A stretch of DNA of 64,000 nucleotides from an uncultured Desulfosarcina sp. (GCA_963674945.2 CAXXWQ010000003.1:1088001-1152000), one strand, 5' to 3'; shown: positions 40,448-51,296, counted from the stretch's first letter. Program-made: numbers and translations. The notes: generated by a model not told the origin, from the letters alone.

Positions 40448-41902
40448 CTAAAAATCCAGTTTGATCTTGAAACGAACCCGTTTTCCCGATTTTTCCATAT
40501 CGGCCGAGCTGATCGTCGCGCCGGTAAAAATCTGCGCCTCTTCCAGCTTTCCTTTGATATCGTCGACGGTGTTGAAGGTGTCCGTATTTCCGGACAACAC
40601 CACGTTATCGATCCCCATGACCATGCGTGTAATCTTCACGTCCGCCGTCGAAGGGATCTGTTTGCTCAAGGTGTCCAGGATGTCGATGACCCGTACGCGG
40701 GAACCCGGCAGGTCCGGGCCGATGTTCGCTTCGGTGGTCTCCTGGATCTTGATTCGCATCTGCTGCAACGGTTCGACGATGCGTGTCACTTCGGGAAAGG
40801 TGCTTTTAAATACCATTTCGATCTGCCGGTCCAGTTCTGCCACTTCACGCTTCTTGGCGGCTACGGAAAGGACCTGCCCGGCGATGAGAAAGAAAATGGT
40901 GACAAGAATCAACGTCCCCGTGGCGATAATCCTTCCCCGAAATTCGTTCCAATAGCGTTGAATCGCCGATTGCTTCGTGGAAAAATTGATGCCGTCGATG
41001 GATTCGGACTCCATCAGGGCCAGTGCCAGGGCGATGTCCAGTTGACCGGATTGCCACACATCCTGATCGGAAGGGATCTTCAGACGGGGATGGGCGCGGA
41101 TGGAGTCCATTGATTCGACTGACTTTTGAAGCAGATGAACCGTATCGCCACCATCGGCCAGACCATCAACCAAAAAAGACCGATGGGCGGATGGGGCATA
41201 AATCCTGGCCGGTTCCAGGGCGATGCCATGGCTTTCCTTCAGGGCGGTCAATGTTCGCGTCATGGCTGCCCCCAAACTGTTGAGAACCATGCCGCTCCCC
41301 CTGTGCACGGGCAGGGTGCGGACGAGCCGAACGGCTTTTTGGCTTACGGCGTAAATCGTGTGGTGCTGTAAATTGCCGTCGATGAAGAGAAAGTCGTCAT
41401 CGCTCTCCTCCAGGGAGGCCAGGATACGCGTGGCGGCATACCCGGCGGGCGTGATGACCACGGGGTTCAAACTGACCGCATCGAGGATGTCGAAATACCA
41501 CTGAATGCGTTCCTTCGGGACGGTGAAGGTCAAAAGATCCTTGTTCCCGTCTCGTTTCACGGCTTCGAAATCGATGATCAGATCGTCCACGGGAACCGGC
41601 AGCGATGGTTCCAATTCAAAGGGAAGAATCTGCCGGATTTTTTTATTGTCATGAAAGGGAACACAGATGTTGCGAAAGGAGATAGCCGTTACGGGGATTC
41701 CCAAAATGCATGTGGCTCCCATGGGTTTCAGTGTGTCGGCCATGGATTGCAGGGCTTGAATGATCCCCTCGTCCCCCTCATGTTCCTGAGAAATGGGGAA
41801 AATGCCCTGTGCCTGGACTTCACTGCCCTTGAAGCCGGCCTCCAACAGCACGGCGGCAATCGATTCCTCCCGAATTTCCAGCCCCAGGACCTTACGGCTC
41901 AT
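40448..41902 (-). CDS. gspL: Type II secretion protein L
   Basis: Actin-like N-domain (VLGLEI, LPFELE..LP), INF + TM, PilN-like periplasmic domain. Confidence 0.85.
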   Translation of the reverse strand: MSRKVLGLEIREESIAAVLLEAGFKGSEVQAQGIFPISQEHEGDEGIIQALQSMADTLKPMGATCILGIPVTAISFRNICVPFHDNKKIRQILPFELEPSLPVPVDDLIIDFEAVKRDGNKDLLTFTVPKERIQWYFDILDAVSLNPVVITPAGYAATRILASLEESDDDFLFIDGNLQHHTIYAVSQKAVRLVRTLPVHRGSGMVLNSLGAAMTRTLTALKESHGIALEPARIYAPSAHRSFLVDGLADGGDTVHLLQKSVESMDSIRAHPRLKIPSDQDVWQSGQLDIALALALMESESIDGINFSTKQSAIQRYWNEFRGRIIATGTLILVTIFFLIAGQVLSVAAKKREVAELDRQIEMVFKSTFPEVTRIVEPLQQMRIKIQETTEANIGPDLPGSRVRVIDILDTLSKQIPSTADVKITRMVMGIDNVVLSGNTDTFNTVDDIKGKLEEAQIFTGATISSADMEKSGKRVRFKIKLDF

Positions 41903-42033
41903 TTCGACTTTTCTGCCCGCGCAGAACGCGGCCTCCATCAGGCATGACCGCGATCCGCCTTGCTTGGGATATCATTTCTGAAATATCCCGTTTTTCGTTA
42001 TGTGACGATGTGTTCCAAATTACTCTATCTATC

Positions 42034-43167
42034 TTATTCTGCCTGCCAAATCAAGGTTTTACAAACCCACCGGCCGGTCTTTTCCTCTTTTTCTCTACGG
42101 ACCACTGCCGATACCGTGGCCTTGAGATTGCCCCTTGTCGCCACAGAGACGATCCGGAACAGATCGCTGGAAAGGGAGATCAGGTTCTCATCGATGGAGA
42201 CGTCTCCCACGCCTGGTACATTTTTATACCAATTGGTACTGGTGATGTCGTTGACGAAGGACTCATCCGCCAAGGCAATCCGATACTCGGCCAGCGGTTC
42301 TGCCAGATCGGCGTTCTCGGACGGAAGAAGTGCGGCGATCACGGCGACGTCGGCCGTCGATATGTTGATCTTGCCGTCGTAGGTGAATTGTTCGTCACCG
42401 CTTTTCGTGACACCGTGAACCGTGATCAGGGACGAAAGGCCGGCGACGCCCCCGGCGCCGGAGAAGAGGGTCGGCGTAATGCCTTGCACCAGCGCCAGTT
42501 CCCCGAGGTGATCCATGGGACCGTTTTTACACGCGTAGGGCGGGTCCAATCCCTCGTAGTAGTCGGACTCGGCACCGCTCAACCCCGTGATGGCCTCGTC
42601 GTCGCCGCTGTCCAGCCAATCCTTGAGGGAATTGATGATCATGTTGGGATCGCTGTCGGGTATTTCGATGGGACCGAACTCTTCGGGCATCAACTCGAAC
42701 AGGGAGAAAACATGATCCAGCAGTCGTTCCCATAAAAATCGCTGACTGGCATCGAACTGCTGCCCTTCGGGAAATTTGACCAGGGCATTGACCTGGATTT
42801 TGCCTTTTTCGTCTTCGATGCGCACCTCGAGCTTGCCGTCATCGAAGGGAACCATGGCATTCACCGTTTCGGCGACCGTTTCCGGATTGGCCCAATCCTC
42901 CTGGATGGTATCGGTGGCATTATCCTTGGCGTCGTTGATGAGCATCACCATGGCGGCATGAACGCCTGAAACGGCCATTTCCGATAATACCAGCTCGGAC
43001 CGCTGATGGATGGCGTCGGTGACCGACCCGCGGATTCGCTGGTTCAGGGCCAGACCGGCCGTCAGCAGAACGGCAACGACGGCAATGGCCACGAGAATGG
43101 CCACCCCCCGGTGGTTGTCCCATACCGGCTTTGCCGATGGGCTATTGGGCTGGTTTGCGATACACAT
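42034..43167 (-). CDS. gspK: Minor pseudopilin K
   Basis: RG|VAILVAI, DEKGKIQVN, LKDWLD.DD, KINI.TA. Confidence 0.9.
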   Translation of the reverse strand: MCIANQPNSPSAKPVWDNHRGVAILVAIAVVAVLLTAGLALNQRIRGSVTDAIHQRSELVLSEMAVSGVHAAMVMLINDAKDNATDTIQEDWANPETVAETVNAMVPFDDGKLEVRIEDEKGKIQVNALVKFPEGQQFDASQRFLWERLLDHVFSLFELMPEEFGPIEIPDSDPNMIINSLKDWLDSGDDEAITGLSGAESDYYEGLDPPYACKNGPMDHLGELALVQGITPTLFSGAGGVAGLSSLITVHGVTKSGDEQFTYDGKINISTADVAVIAALLPSENADLAEPLAEYRIALADESFVNDITSTNWYKNVPGVGDVSIDENLISLSSDLFRIVSVATRGNLKATVSAVVRREKEEKTGRWVCKTLIWQAE

Positions 43168-43816
43168 GAAGCGGTACCCGTGTGGAAAACAGAAGGGGCC
43201 TTTCGGCACTCCCCGCGGTCAACCGGATTTCCAGGGCATGTGGTGTCGCGTAATCGGTATCGCCCGATTCGGAGTCCCAGCTCTCATGGGCCTCGCCCTC
43301 TTCATCCAGGTATTGAAATTCCAAGGACACTAGGTTCTCGAACAAAATGGGATCATCTTCGCTTTCCTCGAATTCGGGAAAGGGAAAGAGATGATCGGCA
43401 CGGCGAAGCACCAGTGTTTCGTCGGAACGCTCCTGAACATAGTAGACGATCCGGGTCACGCCCTCCCGAAAGTCCCCGTTGATGAAAAGGTGGGCAAGGG
43501 AGGTGAATCGAAGCCGCCCGAAGCTGGTTCCGGCAAGGTCCGTGGTATCGCCCAGAAACTGGTATGGCTCCTTTTCGTCGTTGAACTCCGGTTTCTGATA
43601 GCGGGGATAGTCCAATATGTACAAAGACGACAGGTCCGTTGCCATACGGGCAATGCAGGTTCTGGCCGTGGCGAAGACGTCCACGTCCCCTCCCACCGCG
43701 TCGGTGCTGGAAAACACGGCCCGGAAGGAGCCGAACACCGTGGTGATCAATATGGCGAAGATAAAGATGGCCACCATGATTTCGAGCAGGGTGAACCCTT
43801 TTTCCCGGCTATTCAT
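43142..43816 (-). CDS. gspJ: Minor pseudopilin J
   Basis: KG|FTLLEIMVA. Confidence 0.88.
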   Translation of the reverse strand: MNSREKGFTLLEIMVAIFIFAILITTVFGSFRAVFSSTDAVGGDVDVFATARTCIARMATDLSSLYILDYPRYQKPEFNDEKEPYQFLGDTTDLAGTSFGRLRFTSLAHLFINGDFREGVTRIVYYVQERSDETLVLRRADHLFPFPEFEESEDDPILFENLVSLEFQYLDEEGEAHESWDSESGDTDYATPHALEIRLTAGSAERPLLFSTRVPLHVYRKPAQ

Positions 43817-44234
43817 AGACGATCCTGTATGTGTCCAGGGTAAATTGGGTGTCTGTCTGATCGCTGATGGTCAAGGTGAACCGCACGAGATTGGGCCCGT
43901 CCTCTTTGGTCTCCTCGGAGGAAACCGCCTCGCTTTGGATCCGCCACCGGTAGCCGGGATGGTCGTCTCCGAAATCGCCGCTGTCGCCGGCAAAATCGGC
44001 CAGATCCATCGTTTCCAGGTCGGCCAGCTTTTGTCGGGCCAACATCGTGGCGATGGTATCGAAACGTCCCCTGGCATCCATGAAAAGAGTTTGGGAATGC
44101 ATGCGGTAGACGGCCAGAAGGGAAATGGCCACCACCGACAGGGCGACCATCACTTCCAGCAGGGTGAAGCCGGCTTCGTGGCATCCTTTTTGCCGTTTTC
44201 CCAAACCGTTTGTGCGAAAAGCCATCATCACCAC
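43809..44234 (-). CDS. gspI: Minor pseudopilin I
   Basis: AG|FTLLEVMVAL. Confidence 0.88.
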   Translation of the reverse strand: MVMMAFRTNGLGKRQKGCHEAGFTLLEVMVALSVVAISLLAVYRMHSQTLFMDARGRFDTIATMLARQKLADLETMDLADFAGDSGDFGDDHPGYRWRIQSEAVSSEETKEDGPNLVRFTLTISDQTDTQFTLDTYRIVYE

Positions 44235-44839
44235 CCCTCACGCCCTTTTTTCAGCGTGACGCCGGGCAGAAAGGGCTCGATGAAAAAAGCCAGACGGTCG
44301 CCATCGTTGTTGCGGATGCGGATGACGGCCTTGTCCGAATAGCCTTTGGGGAAAAACCCGATGGGAACGGTTCCGCTGGAAAAACGCTGGGAGTCGGAAA
44401 ACGCCACGTGATCGATACTCACCCCGCGGGGCATGGCGTACCCCTTTTCCCGCGCCTTCTCCTCTGCCGCTTCATCCATCTCCTCCTGGCTGACCCACAA
44501 CCGTTGGGCATCCATCGAGACGTTGAGTTGGTACACCTTCTGCTCGAGCACGGCCTTTTGCTTGAGGCCCCGGACATTGGCGATGATCCAGCGCGTGGTT
44601 TCGTCGGTACCGTCCGTAAAAAGGCCGCCTTCCAGACGTGGAAGGGTCACCATCAGCGTAATACTCATCAGTGTGATGACCACGATCAGCTCGATCAATG
44701 TAAACCCATGGTGGTTTAATGGAGACGCAGGTAAGCTCTTTCGTCCCCCTTCATGTGGAATCCATGGGATTTTATGTCGAGGAATGTGGTCCATGAGGAC
44801 GTTCGGGTGGTCGGATACCAGATTTATTCGGTCTCCCAA
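44228..44839 (-). CDS. gspH: Minor pseudopilin H (start uncertain)
   Basis: [15 protein letters not shown] motif. Confidence 0.82.
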   Translation of the reverse strand: MGDRINLVSDHPNVLMDHIPRHKIPWIPHEGGRKSLPASPLNHHGFTLIELIVVITLMSITLMVTLPRLEGGLFTDGTDETTRWIIANVRGLKQKAVLEQKVYQLNVSMDAQRLWVSQEEMDEAAEEKAREKGYAMPRGVSIDHVAFSDSQRFSSGTVPIGFFPKGYSDKAVIRIRNNDGDRLAFFIEPFLPGVTLKKGREGW

Positions 44840-45279
44840 CTATTAATATCGGCGTCCATATCCTCACCACCGGAGGTTCCGTCTGCGCCGTAGGAGATGA
44901 TGTCGAAATCGTCATGAATGCCCGGGCTCAGGTAGATGAATTCGTTTCCCCAGGGGTCCGTGGGCACCTTTCCCTTTTCCAGGTAACCGCCTTTTCGCCA
45001 GTTTTTGGGAGTGTTGCCGGAAGATGGCGGTTCCACAAGGGCCTGGAGCCCCTGCTCCGTGGTCGGATAGCTGCCGTTGTCCAGTTTGTAAAGTTTAAGG
45101 GCCGTGGCGATACTTTCGACCTGCATCCTGGCTTTGGTCCGTTTGGCCTGCTCCGGGCGACTCATGATGCGGGGAACGATCAGGCCGGCCAGAATACCGA
45201 GGATGACGACGACCACCATCAGTTCGATGAGCGTGAAACCGCGATTGTTTTTGATTCTTGATGTGGAAAGGCGCTTCAT
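44824..45279 (-). CDS. gspG: Major pseudopilin G
   Basis: [34 protein letters not shown]. Confidence 0.97.
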   Translation of the reverse strand: MKRLSTSRIKNNRGFTLIELMVVVVILGILAGLIVPRIMSRPEQAKRTKARMQVESIATALKLYKLDNGSYPTTEQGLQALVEPPSSGNTPKNWRKGGYLEKGKVPTDPWGNEFIYLSPGIHDDFDIISYGADGTSGGEDMDADINSWETE

Positions 45280-45413
45280 GATTCCTCCGTATATTCACAT
45301 ACCGTGCGATGGTTTGTTATCGGCGTTAAAAGCGGGAAATATGAACTTTATTAACCAAATGTGCATGAACAATCAAGGGTCAGGATGATTATCTTTTGGT
45401 AATTTACGTACCG

Positions 45414-45497
45414 GTAATCAGTAATCAGTGATGAATGATCGGTAATCAGTGAACTGTGAACCGAGAACCGTGAACCGTGAACCGAGAACCGAGAACC
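45414..45497 (+). repeat. Heptamer tandem repeat (12 units, GTAATCA / GWGAACC types)
   Basis: gtaatca gtaatca ... gtgaacc gagaacc gagaacc. Confidence 0.75.
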
Positions 45498-45498
45498 A

Positions 45499-46728
45499 TC
45501 ACCCCACCAACTGGTTCATCTCGAAAATGGGCAAAACGATGGACAGTACGATAAACATCACCACCACCGCCATCACCAGAATCATCACCGGCTCCAGCAT
45601 GGACATCATGGTCGTGACAGATGACTCGACGTCGTTTTCAAAGACGTCGGCAACCTTGTAGAGCATGGCCTCCAGCTCGCCGCTTTGCTCTCCCACCTGA
45701 ATCATCTGAACGGCCAGGTCGGGAAAAACTTCACCGGCCGCCAGGGAGGCGCCGAGCCCCTGTCCCTTTTCCACCTCTTGCGACGATTTTTCGATCAAAT
45801 TGGCAATGACCACGTTGCCGGTGATATTTCTCACAATCTCCAGAGATGGCAGCATCGTGATGCCGTTTTCCAAAAGGGATGCCAGGGTGCGGGTAAAACG
45901 GGCCACCGCCGATTTTCGCATCAAGCCTCCCATAACGGGCAGACGGAGCATCAAACGATCGGTCATGAGAAGTCCGCGTTCGGTTTTTCTGAACATTTTC
46001 AGTGCCACGACGGCGGCGATGAACAGAATCACCAGCAGCCACCAATAGCCTCGGATAAAAGCGCTGGCACCGATGAGAAAACGAGTGGGCGCAGGCAGTG
46101 CCTGGTTCATATCCTCGAAGATGGTGGTGATGTTGGGAATGACATATGTCATGAGAATGATGAGAACCAGGACGCCGACGAGGGTCATGATGATGGGATA
46201 GGCCATGGCGGTCTGGATGCGGGATTTCAGCTCCTGTTGTTTCTCCATGATGTCTGCCAGCCGCAAAAGGACGATCTCCAGGGTTCCCGATGTTTCTCCG
46301 GCACGTACCATGTTGATGTAGATCTGGCTGAAGACGGACGGATAGAGGGACAGGGCCGAGGCGAAACTGTTCCCCTCAACGATGGAGTCCTTGATCCGGG
46401 CGACGATCTTGGTGAACCCCTGGGTTTTTGACTGGGAAACCAATGTGGTCAGGGCACTGACCAGGGGAAATCCGGCACCGGTCAGGGTGGCCAACTGTCG
46501 GGTCCACAGGCAGACCTGGGCCGGCGTGACCCGGTTGAACAGGCCACCCAAACTGACGCCACGGCCGCCCTCCTTACCGCCGGCGGCCTCGGTGACCTCT
46601 TTGACGCTGACCGGATAGCTGCCCATGGCGCGGATTTTTTGCCTGGCCGCCTGGGCACCGTCGGCATCGATGATCCCGGTGATGCTTTTGCCCTTGGCGT
46701 CCAGTGCCTGGTAGTCGAAGACGGGCAT
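45499..46728 (-). CDS. gspF: Type II secretion inner-membrane platform protein
   Basis: F.YQALD..GK, RQLATL, AGETSG.L, GEQSGEL, LEP. Confidence 0.96.
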   Translation of the reverse strand: MPVFDYQALDAKGKSITGIIDADGAQAARQKIRAMGSYPVSVKEVTEAAGGKEGGRGVSLGGLFNRVTPAQVCLWTRQLATLTGAGFPLVSALTTLVSQSKTQGFTKIVARIKDSIVEGNSFASALSLYPSVFSQIYINMVRAGETSGTLEIVLLRLADIMEKQQELKSRIQTAMAYPIIMTLVGVLVLIILMTYVIPNITTIFEDMNQALPAPTRFLIGASAFIRGYWWLLVILFIAAVVALKMFRKTERGLLMTDRLMLRLPVMGGLMRKSAVARFTRTLASLLENGITMLPSLEIVRNITGNVVIANLIEKSSQEVEKGQGLGASLAAGEVFPDLAVQMIQVGEQSGELEAMLYKVADVFENDVESSVTTMMSMLEPVMILVMAVVVMFIVLSIVLPIFEMNQLVG

Positions 46729-46740
46729 GGCGTTTTATCC

Positions 46741-48153
46741 TCAACGAATTCGAGTAAACCTCGCGGCGAAAAAGCCGTCGAGTCCATGGCTGTGGGGCAA
46801 GGTTCGCAGACACCGTGCCGAGTCAAGAAAAGGAACGACGACTTTTTCCGTTTCATTCAAATTTTCGACAATATCAAAATTCGGATGGTTTTTCAAAAAA
46901 GTCTCGACCACACCTCGATTTTCCTCCGGCTCCATGGAGCAGACGGCAAATACCAACGTGCCCCCCATCCTGACCAGGGGCGCCAGGTGATCGAGGAACC
47001 GGACCTGTCGACGGGCAAAGCGGTCGATCTCTCTTTTTTGGGATGACCACTTGGCGTCGGGATTGCGCCGCAGCACCCCCAGTCCCGAACAGGGGGCATC
47101 CAGCAGGATTCTGTCGAATTGACCATGGGTTTTCGTTTCCAGGGGCTCACGGAAATCCCACTGTCGGGTCTCGATGATATCGACGCCCAGGCGCCGCGCC
47201 TCCCTTTCAAGGCGCGTCAGTTTGACGGAAACATTGTCCATGGCGACGATTCGCCCCCGGTTTTCCATGAGTTGGGCCAGGTGAGTGGTTTTTCCGCCCA
47301 GTCCGGCGCATGCGTCCAGCACCGTTTCGCCCGGTCGGGGGGAGAGAAACAGGGACACCAGCTGGGCGGCGCCGTCCTGTACCGCGAACCGGCCGTCGAT
47401 AAAGGCCGGCATTTTCCCGATGGGACAGATGGGTCCGGACAGGTCCATGGCACCGGGAATCTGCTCATTGGGAACCACCGCTTTGGCCTGGCCGGAAAGC
47501 TCTTCCAGCAACGACGAAAGATCGCCTTTCAACGCGTTGCACCGAAGGGTGATGGGGGCAATGGCGTTCATGGCGCGGCAAAGCCTTCGGGTCTCGTCGA
47601 ATCCCATTCGCTCTGCCCAGCGGGAGATCAGCCAGAGCGGAAAGGATTGGTCCAGGGAGAGGTGTTCCACCGACCGTTCGTCCTCGGGAAGAGAGAAGCG
47701 ATCGGGATGACGGATCGCGTTTCGCAGTACCGCATTGACGAAGCCGGCCGATCGGGCCTGTTTTCGCGTGCGGGTCAAATTCACCGCGGTGTTCACGGCC
47801 GCCGATTCGGGGATTCGGTCCAAGAACAGGATCTGGAACAATCCCAGGCGAAGAATGTTTCGAACCGTCCCATCGATCTTCACGACAGGCCTCTTGGCGT
47901 GGGCATCGATCACCGCATCCAACCGAAGCCGCCAGCGCACGACCCCATACACCAGTTGGTTGAACAGGGCCCGGTCTCTTCTGGAAAGGCCGCGAACCTG
48001 CGGCGGCTCGTCTTCCAAAAGGGCATCCAGCGTGGCCGATTCGCCATCCAAACGCTCCAGAATCGTCAGCGCGGCGGATCGTGGATCATCGGCAGGCCGC
48101 CCTGGCTTTTTCAGAGAGCGTTGTGATTGTCGGGAAGAATAAGGCGATTTCAT
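46741..48153 (-). CDS. rsmB: 16S rRNA m5C967 methyltransferase
   Basis: NusB-like N-domain, LDACAGLGGKT, DAPCSGLG, CS..PEEN, DGFF. Confidence 0.94.
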   Translation of the reverse strand: MKSPYSSRQSQRSLKKPGRPADDPRSAALTILERLDGESATLDALLEDEPPQVRGLSRRDRALFNQLVYGVVRWRLRLDAVIDAHAKRPVVKIDGTVRNILRLGLFQILFLDRIPESAAVNTAVNLTRTRKQARSAGFVNAVLRNAIRHPDRFSLPEDERSVEHLSLDQSFPLWLISRWAERMGFDETRRLCRAMNAIAPITLRCNALKGDLSSLLEELSGQAKAVVPNEQIPGAMDLSGPICPIGKMPAFIDGRFAVQDGAAQLVSLFLSPRPGETVLDACAGLGGKTTHLAQLMENRGRIVAMDNVSVKLTRLEREARRLGVDIIETRQWDFREPLETKTHGQFDRILLDAPCSGLGVLRRNPDAKWSSQKREIDRFARRQVRFLDHLAPLVRMGGTLVFAVCSMEPEENRGVVETFLKNHPNFDIVENLNETEKVVVPFLDSARCLRTLPHSHGLDGFFAARFTRIR

Positions 48154-48173
48154 CGGGTGATAGTATCGGACTT

Positions 48174-48290
48174 ATGAACGTCGAACATCGAACGTCCAAC
48201 TTCGAACATTGAATTTGGAATTCCTCCTTCGATGGCGGAGCGAAGCGATCCCATCGTTGTCGTTTTATGTTCTATGTTCAATGTTCGTAA
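48174..48290. repeat. Inverted pair of heptamer tracts (TCGAACR / YGTTCRA)
   Basis: atgaacg tcgaaca tcgaacg tccaact tcgaaca ... atgttct atgttca atgttcg. Confidence 0.65.
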
Positions 48291-48292
48291 AT

Positions 48293-49234
48293 TCAACCTA
48301 GACAACAACCATCCGGCAACCTGCATCCGCACAGAAAATCGTCAATGGGAAGGCGTTTGCCGGACGCTCCCTGGATCTCCTGGATGGCAAGGGCACCCTT
48401 TCCCGTGGCCACGCGGAGTTCTCCGGGAAAACACTCGAGTATGGTACCCGGCGGCACACTGACCTCCCGGTCGAGCACACTGGCACGGAAGATCTTCAGG
48501 CGCATGCCGTCATTGAAGGTATAGGCACCGGGCCATGGCGTCATCCCCCGGATCAGGCACGCGATGCGCTCGGCCGGCATGGACCAGTCGATTTCTCCAT
48601 CCTTTTTCTTCAGCATGGGAGCATAGGATGCCTGGCCGGGGTCCTGGGAGACGGGCGTGAGGTTGTCGGCCTGCAGGGCGTCCAGGGTTCGAATCAGCGT
48701 CCGGGCACCGATCTTGCTGAGGCGGTCGTGAAGTTCGGCGGCATTCTCATCGTCTTCGATGGGGGTTCTTTCCATCAGGAGAATACCCCCCGTGTCCATT
48801 CCCGCATCCATCATCATGGTGGTAACGCCGGTCTCTTTCTCACCGTTAATAATGGCCCATTGGATGGGTGCGGCTCCCCGGAAGCGGGGCAGAAGCGATG
48901 CGTGGACGTTGATGGCCCCTTTGGCCGGAATATCAAGAAGGGTTTGGGGCAGGATCTGACCGAAGGCCACCACGACGAAAAGATCGGGGGAAATCGTTTG
49001 CATCTGCCGGTGAAAATCATCGGTTTTTACGGACTCGGGTTGCAGGACCGGGATCCCGTATTCCTCGGCGATCCGTTTAACCGGAGGCGGCGTCAGCTTT
49101 CGTCCCCGGCCCTTGGGTCGGTCCGGCTGTGTGACCACGGCGGTGACACGATGGCCGCTATCGTGCAGGGCACGCAAGGGAGGAACGGCAAAATCCGGAG
49201 TGCCCATGTAAACGATGGCAAGGGGACGGCTCAA
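48293..49234 (-). CDS. fmt: Methionyl-tRNA formyltransferase
   Basis: MGTPDFA, TQPDRPKGRG, NVHASLLPRFRGAAPI; TTG start overlapping def stop. Confidence 0.96.
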   Translation of the reverse strand: MSRPLAIVYMGTPDFAVPPLRALHDSGHRVTAVVTQPDRPKGRGRKLTPPPVKRIAEEYGIPVLQPESVKTDDFHRQMQTISPDLFVVVAFGQILPQTLLDIPAKGAINVHASLLPRFRGAAPIQWAIINGEKETGVTTMMMDAGMDTGGILLMERTPIEDDENAAELHDRLSKIGARTLIRTLDALQADNLTPVSQDPGQASYAPMLKKKDGEIDWSMPAERIACLIRGMTPWPGAYTFNDGMRLKIFRASVLDREVSVPPGTILECFPGELRVATGKGALAIQEIQGASGKRLPIDDFLCGCRLPDGCCLG

Positions 49235-49740
49235 CGCTGCTTCATCTCCTTTATCACCCGACGCTTGTACATCTGGCGTTTCAAAGCGCTGATGCGGTCG
49301 ATGAACAGGGTTCCGTCCAAGTGGTCGAGCTCGTGCTGGATGACGATGGCCATCATGCCGTCGGCCTCGAATCGCAGCGGGTTGCCGTCCCGGTCCACCC
49401 CCTCCACGAGGATGCGCTCGGCCCGTTTGACGTCGGCACGAAATTCGGGCACGCTCAGGCATCCCTCGTTTTCCGAAATGATCGATCCCTCACTGGTGAT
49501 GATCCTGGGATTGACGAGCACGTGCAGGTCCCTGCCCCCTTCCTGGACGGCGATGTCGTATAGGACAAAACTCTGGCCGATGCCTACCTGGGGGGCGGCA
49601 AGGCCGACACCGGAAGCCTGGTACATGGTGGCGGCCATGTTATCGATCATGGTCTGCAGTTTACCGTCGATGTTCTCCACGGGTTCGGTTTCTTTGGCCA
49701 GAAATTTATCCGGATAGGTTAGAATCGTTAGTTCGGTCAC
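49231..49740 (-). CDS. def: Peptide deformylase
   Basis: GVGLAAPQVG, EGCLSVP, QHELDHLDG. Confidence 0.97.
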   Translation of the reverse strand: MTELTILTYPDKFLAKETEPVENIDGKLQTMIDNMAATMYQASGVGLAAPQVGIGQSFVLYDIAVQEGGRDLHVLVNPRIITSEGSIISENEGCLSVPEFRADVKRAERILVEGVDRDGNPLRFEADGMMAIVIQHELDHLDGTLFIDRISALKRQMYKRRVIKEMKQR

Positions 49741-49841
49741 TGGTATTCACCTTCGCTTGTATCTTACACCCAGCATGACGTGGTCCGGGGTGTTCCATCT
49801 CCGTTGGGATAACCGTAATGCAAGTATTGAAATAGTAAAAG

Positions 49842-49998
49842 TTGATGAACTCGCAAAAAGTCATATTTCGGACGGTTTCGTAAAAAGCTCGAGATCAAGG
49901 CTTGCGAGTCCCGAAAAATGAGGCGTATGGTTGGATACGTCGCAGTGACGAGGGATGAAGCGCAGGCGCCGATACCGGACTTTTTATGAAGCCGTCAA
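49842..49998 (-). repeat. MITE-like palindromic repeat, family A copy 3
   Basis: Reverse-complement homolog of 9015-9170. Confidence 0.85.
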
Positions 49999-50000
49999 GC

Positions 50001-50951
50001 TTAGGTTTCGGTGAAATAGGGTCTTAGAATCTCCCGCGCATCGGCGATATCCTTGTGGATCCGCGCCACCAGTTCATCGATCCCGGAAAATTTTATCTCG
50101 TCCCGCAACCGATCAATGAAATTGACCTTGATCTTCTCTCCGTAAATATCCTTGTGAAAATCGATGATGTGGGCCTCCACGGTGAATATATGGTCGTCGA
50201 AGGTGGGACTGTATCCGATATTGGCAACGCCTGGATAGCGCTTTCCTTCGTAATCCACGATGACGGCATAGACGCCCAGCTTCGGGCACAACTCGTCCTG
50301 GAGGTTGATGTTGGCCGTTGGAATGCCCAGCAGCTTTCCCCCCCGGTCCCGTCCGTGGGCGACGGTGCCTCGAATCTGATAGTTCCGCCCCAGCATCCTG
50401 GTGGCCGTTTCCATTTCGCCGTCCATGACCAGCTCTCGGATGGCCGTACTGCTGATGCGGTGGTTGTTTGCCGTGGTGGCCTGGATCCAGTCCGCCACGA
50501 CCAGGTCGAAACCCAATTCTTGTGCGTATTGCCGAAGCAACGCCACGTTTCCTTCGCGATTGTTACCGAAGGTGTAGTCCTGTCCGACGACGATGGCTTT
50601 GATTCCAATGCGGTTTACCAGGATATCCGCCACGAAGCTGTGTGCCGACAGCTTTGCGAAGTCCATGGTAAAGGGAACGCAAATCAGCACGTCGAGACCG
50701 GCTTTCTCGATCAGCTCCCTTTTCTGCTCTGGCAACGTGATCAACGGCGGATGCCCGTTGTTGGTGAAGACACGAACCGGATGGGGGTTAAAGGTCATGG
50801 CAATTGCCGTGCCGTCCAGGTCATGTGCCCGTTCGATCACCTCGTGGAAAAGGGCTTGGTGTCCGATGTGCACACCGTCGAAATTACCGATGGTGATCAC
50901 GGCATTTTTAAAAGGTTCTGTTATGGTTTCGAGGTCTTGGATTATCTTCAT
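50001..50951 (-). CDS. ribF: Riboflavin kinase / FAD synthetase
   Basis: GNFDGVHIGH, ISST.IR, G.PTAN, NIG..PTF, LRDE.KF. Confidence 0.97.
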   Translation of the reverse strand: MKIIQDLETITEPFKNAVITIGNFDGVHIGHQALFHEVIERAHDLDGTAIAMTFNPHPVRVFTNNGHPPLITLPEQKRELIEKAGLDVLICVPFTMDFAKLSAHSFVADILVNRIGIKAIVVGQDYTFGNNREGNVALLRQYAQELGFDLVVADWIQATTANNHRISSTAIRELVMDGEMETATRMLGRNYQIRGTVAHGRDRGGKLLGIPTANINLQDELCPKLGVYAVIVDYEGKRYPGVANIGYSPTFDDHIFTVEAHIIDFHKDIYGEKIKVNFIDRLRDEIKFSGIDELVARIHKDIADAREILRPYFTET

Positions 50952-51055
50952 GATCTTTTTTGCATTTCAAAAATTGCGCTTGACACGAAAACCAAAAAAC
51001 TATAGTTAAATCATCTTCGGTCTGAAATCAACCCTTGAATTTCAGCCTGAAACGT

Positions 51056-51142
51056 GCCGAAGTGGCGGAATTGGTAGACGCGCTAGGTTCAGGGTCTAGT
51101 AGGGGTTCCCCTGTGGGAGTTCGAGTCTCCCCTTCGGCACCA
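51056..51142 (+). tRNA. tRNA-Leu (CAG)
   Basis: Cloverleaf, anticodon stem ctagg/tctag around tt-CAG-gg, long variable arm, GTTCGAGTC, encoded CCA. Confidence 0.97.
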
Positions 51143-51151
51143 AAAAGCTTA

Positions 51152-51181
51152 TAACCCGTTGATTCGTCAGCGGGTTTTTTT
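51152..51181 (+). terminator. Rho-independent terminator after tRNA
   Basis: aacccgttga-ttcg-tcagcgggtt followed by T-run. Confidence 0.8.
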
Positions 51182-51296
51182 ATTGTCTCCAGGTTCCATC
51201 CATGGAGGCCGATATGGAAAACATGTAATCCCGGCCTGCCTGGATCTATAAATATAGGTGTCTCTTCCAGTACTTTCAACCTTGGGGCAAATAATC

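Noticed and set aside
45317..45350. sigma28 promoter for gspG (GCCGATAA on the minus strand)
   Set aside because: Nearest TAAA is about 22 nt away, the wrong spacing
45414..45497. Possible CRISPR array
   Set aside because: Contiguous 7-bp units with no spacers; no cas genes or repeat-spacer arrays anywhere in the window
48293..49462. 389-aa N-terminally extended Fmt in the ORF track
   Set aside because: Extension overlaps def in another frame; TTG at 49234 gives a normal-length protein
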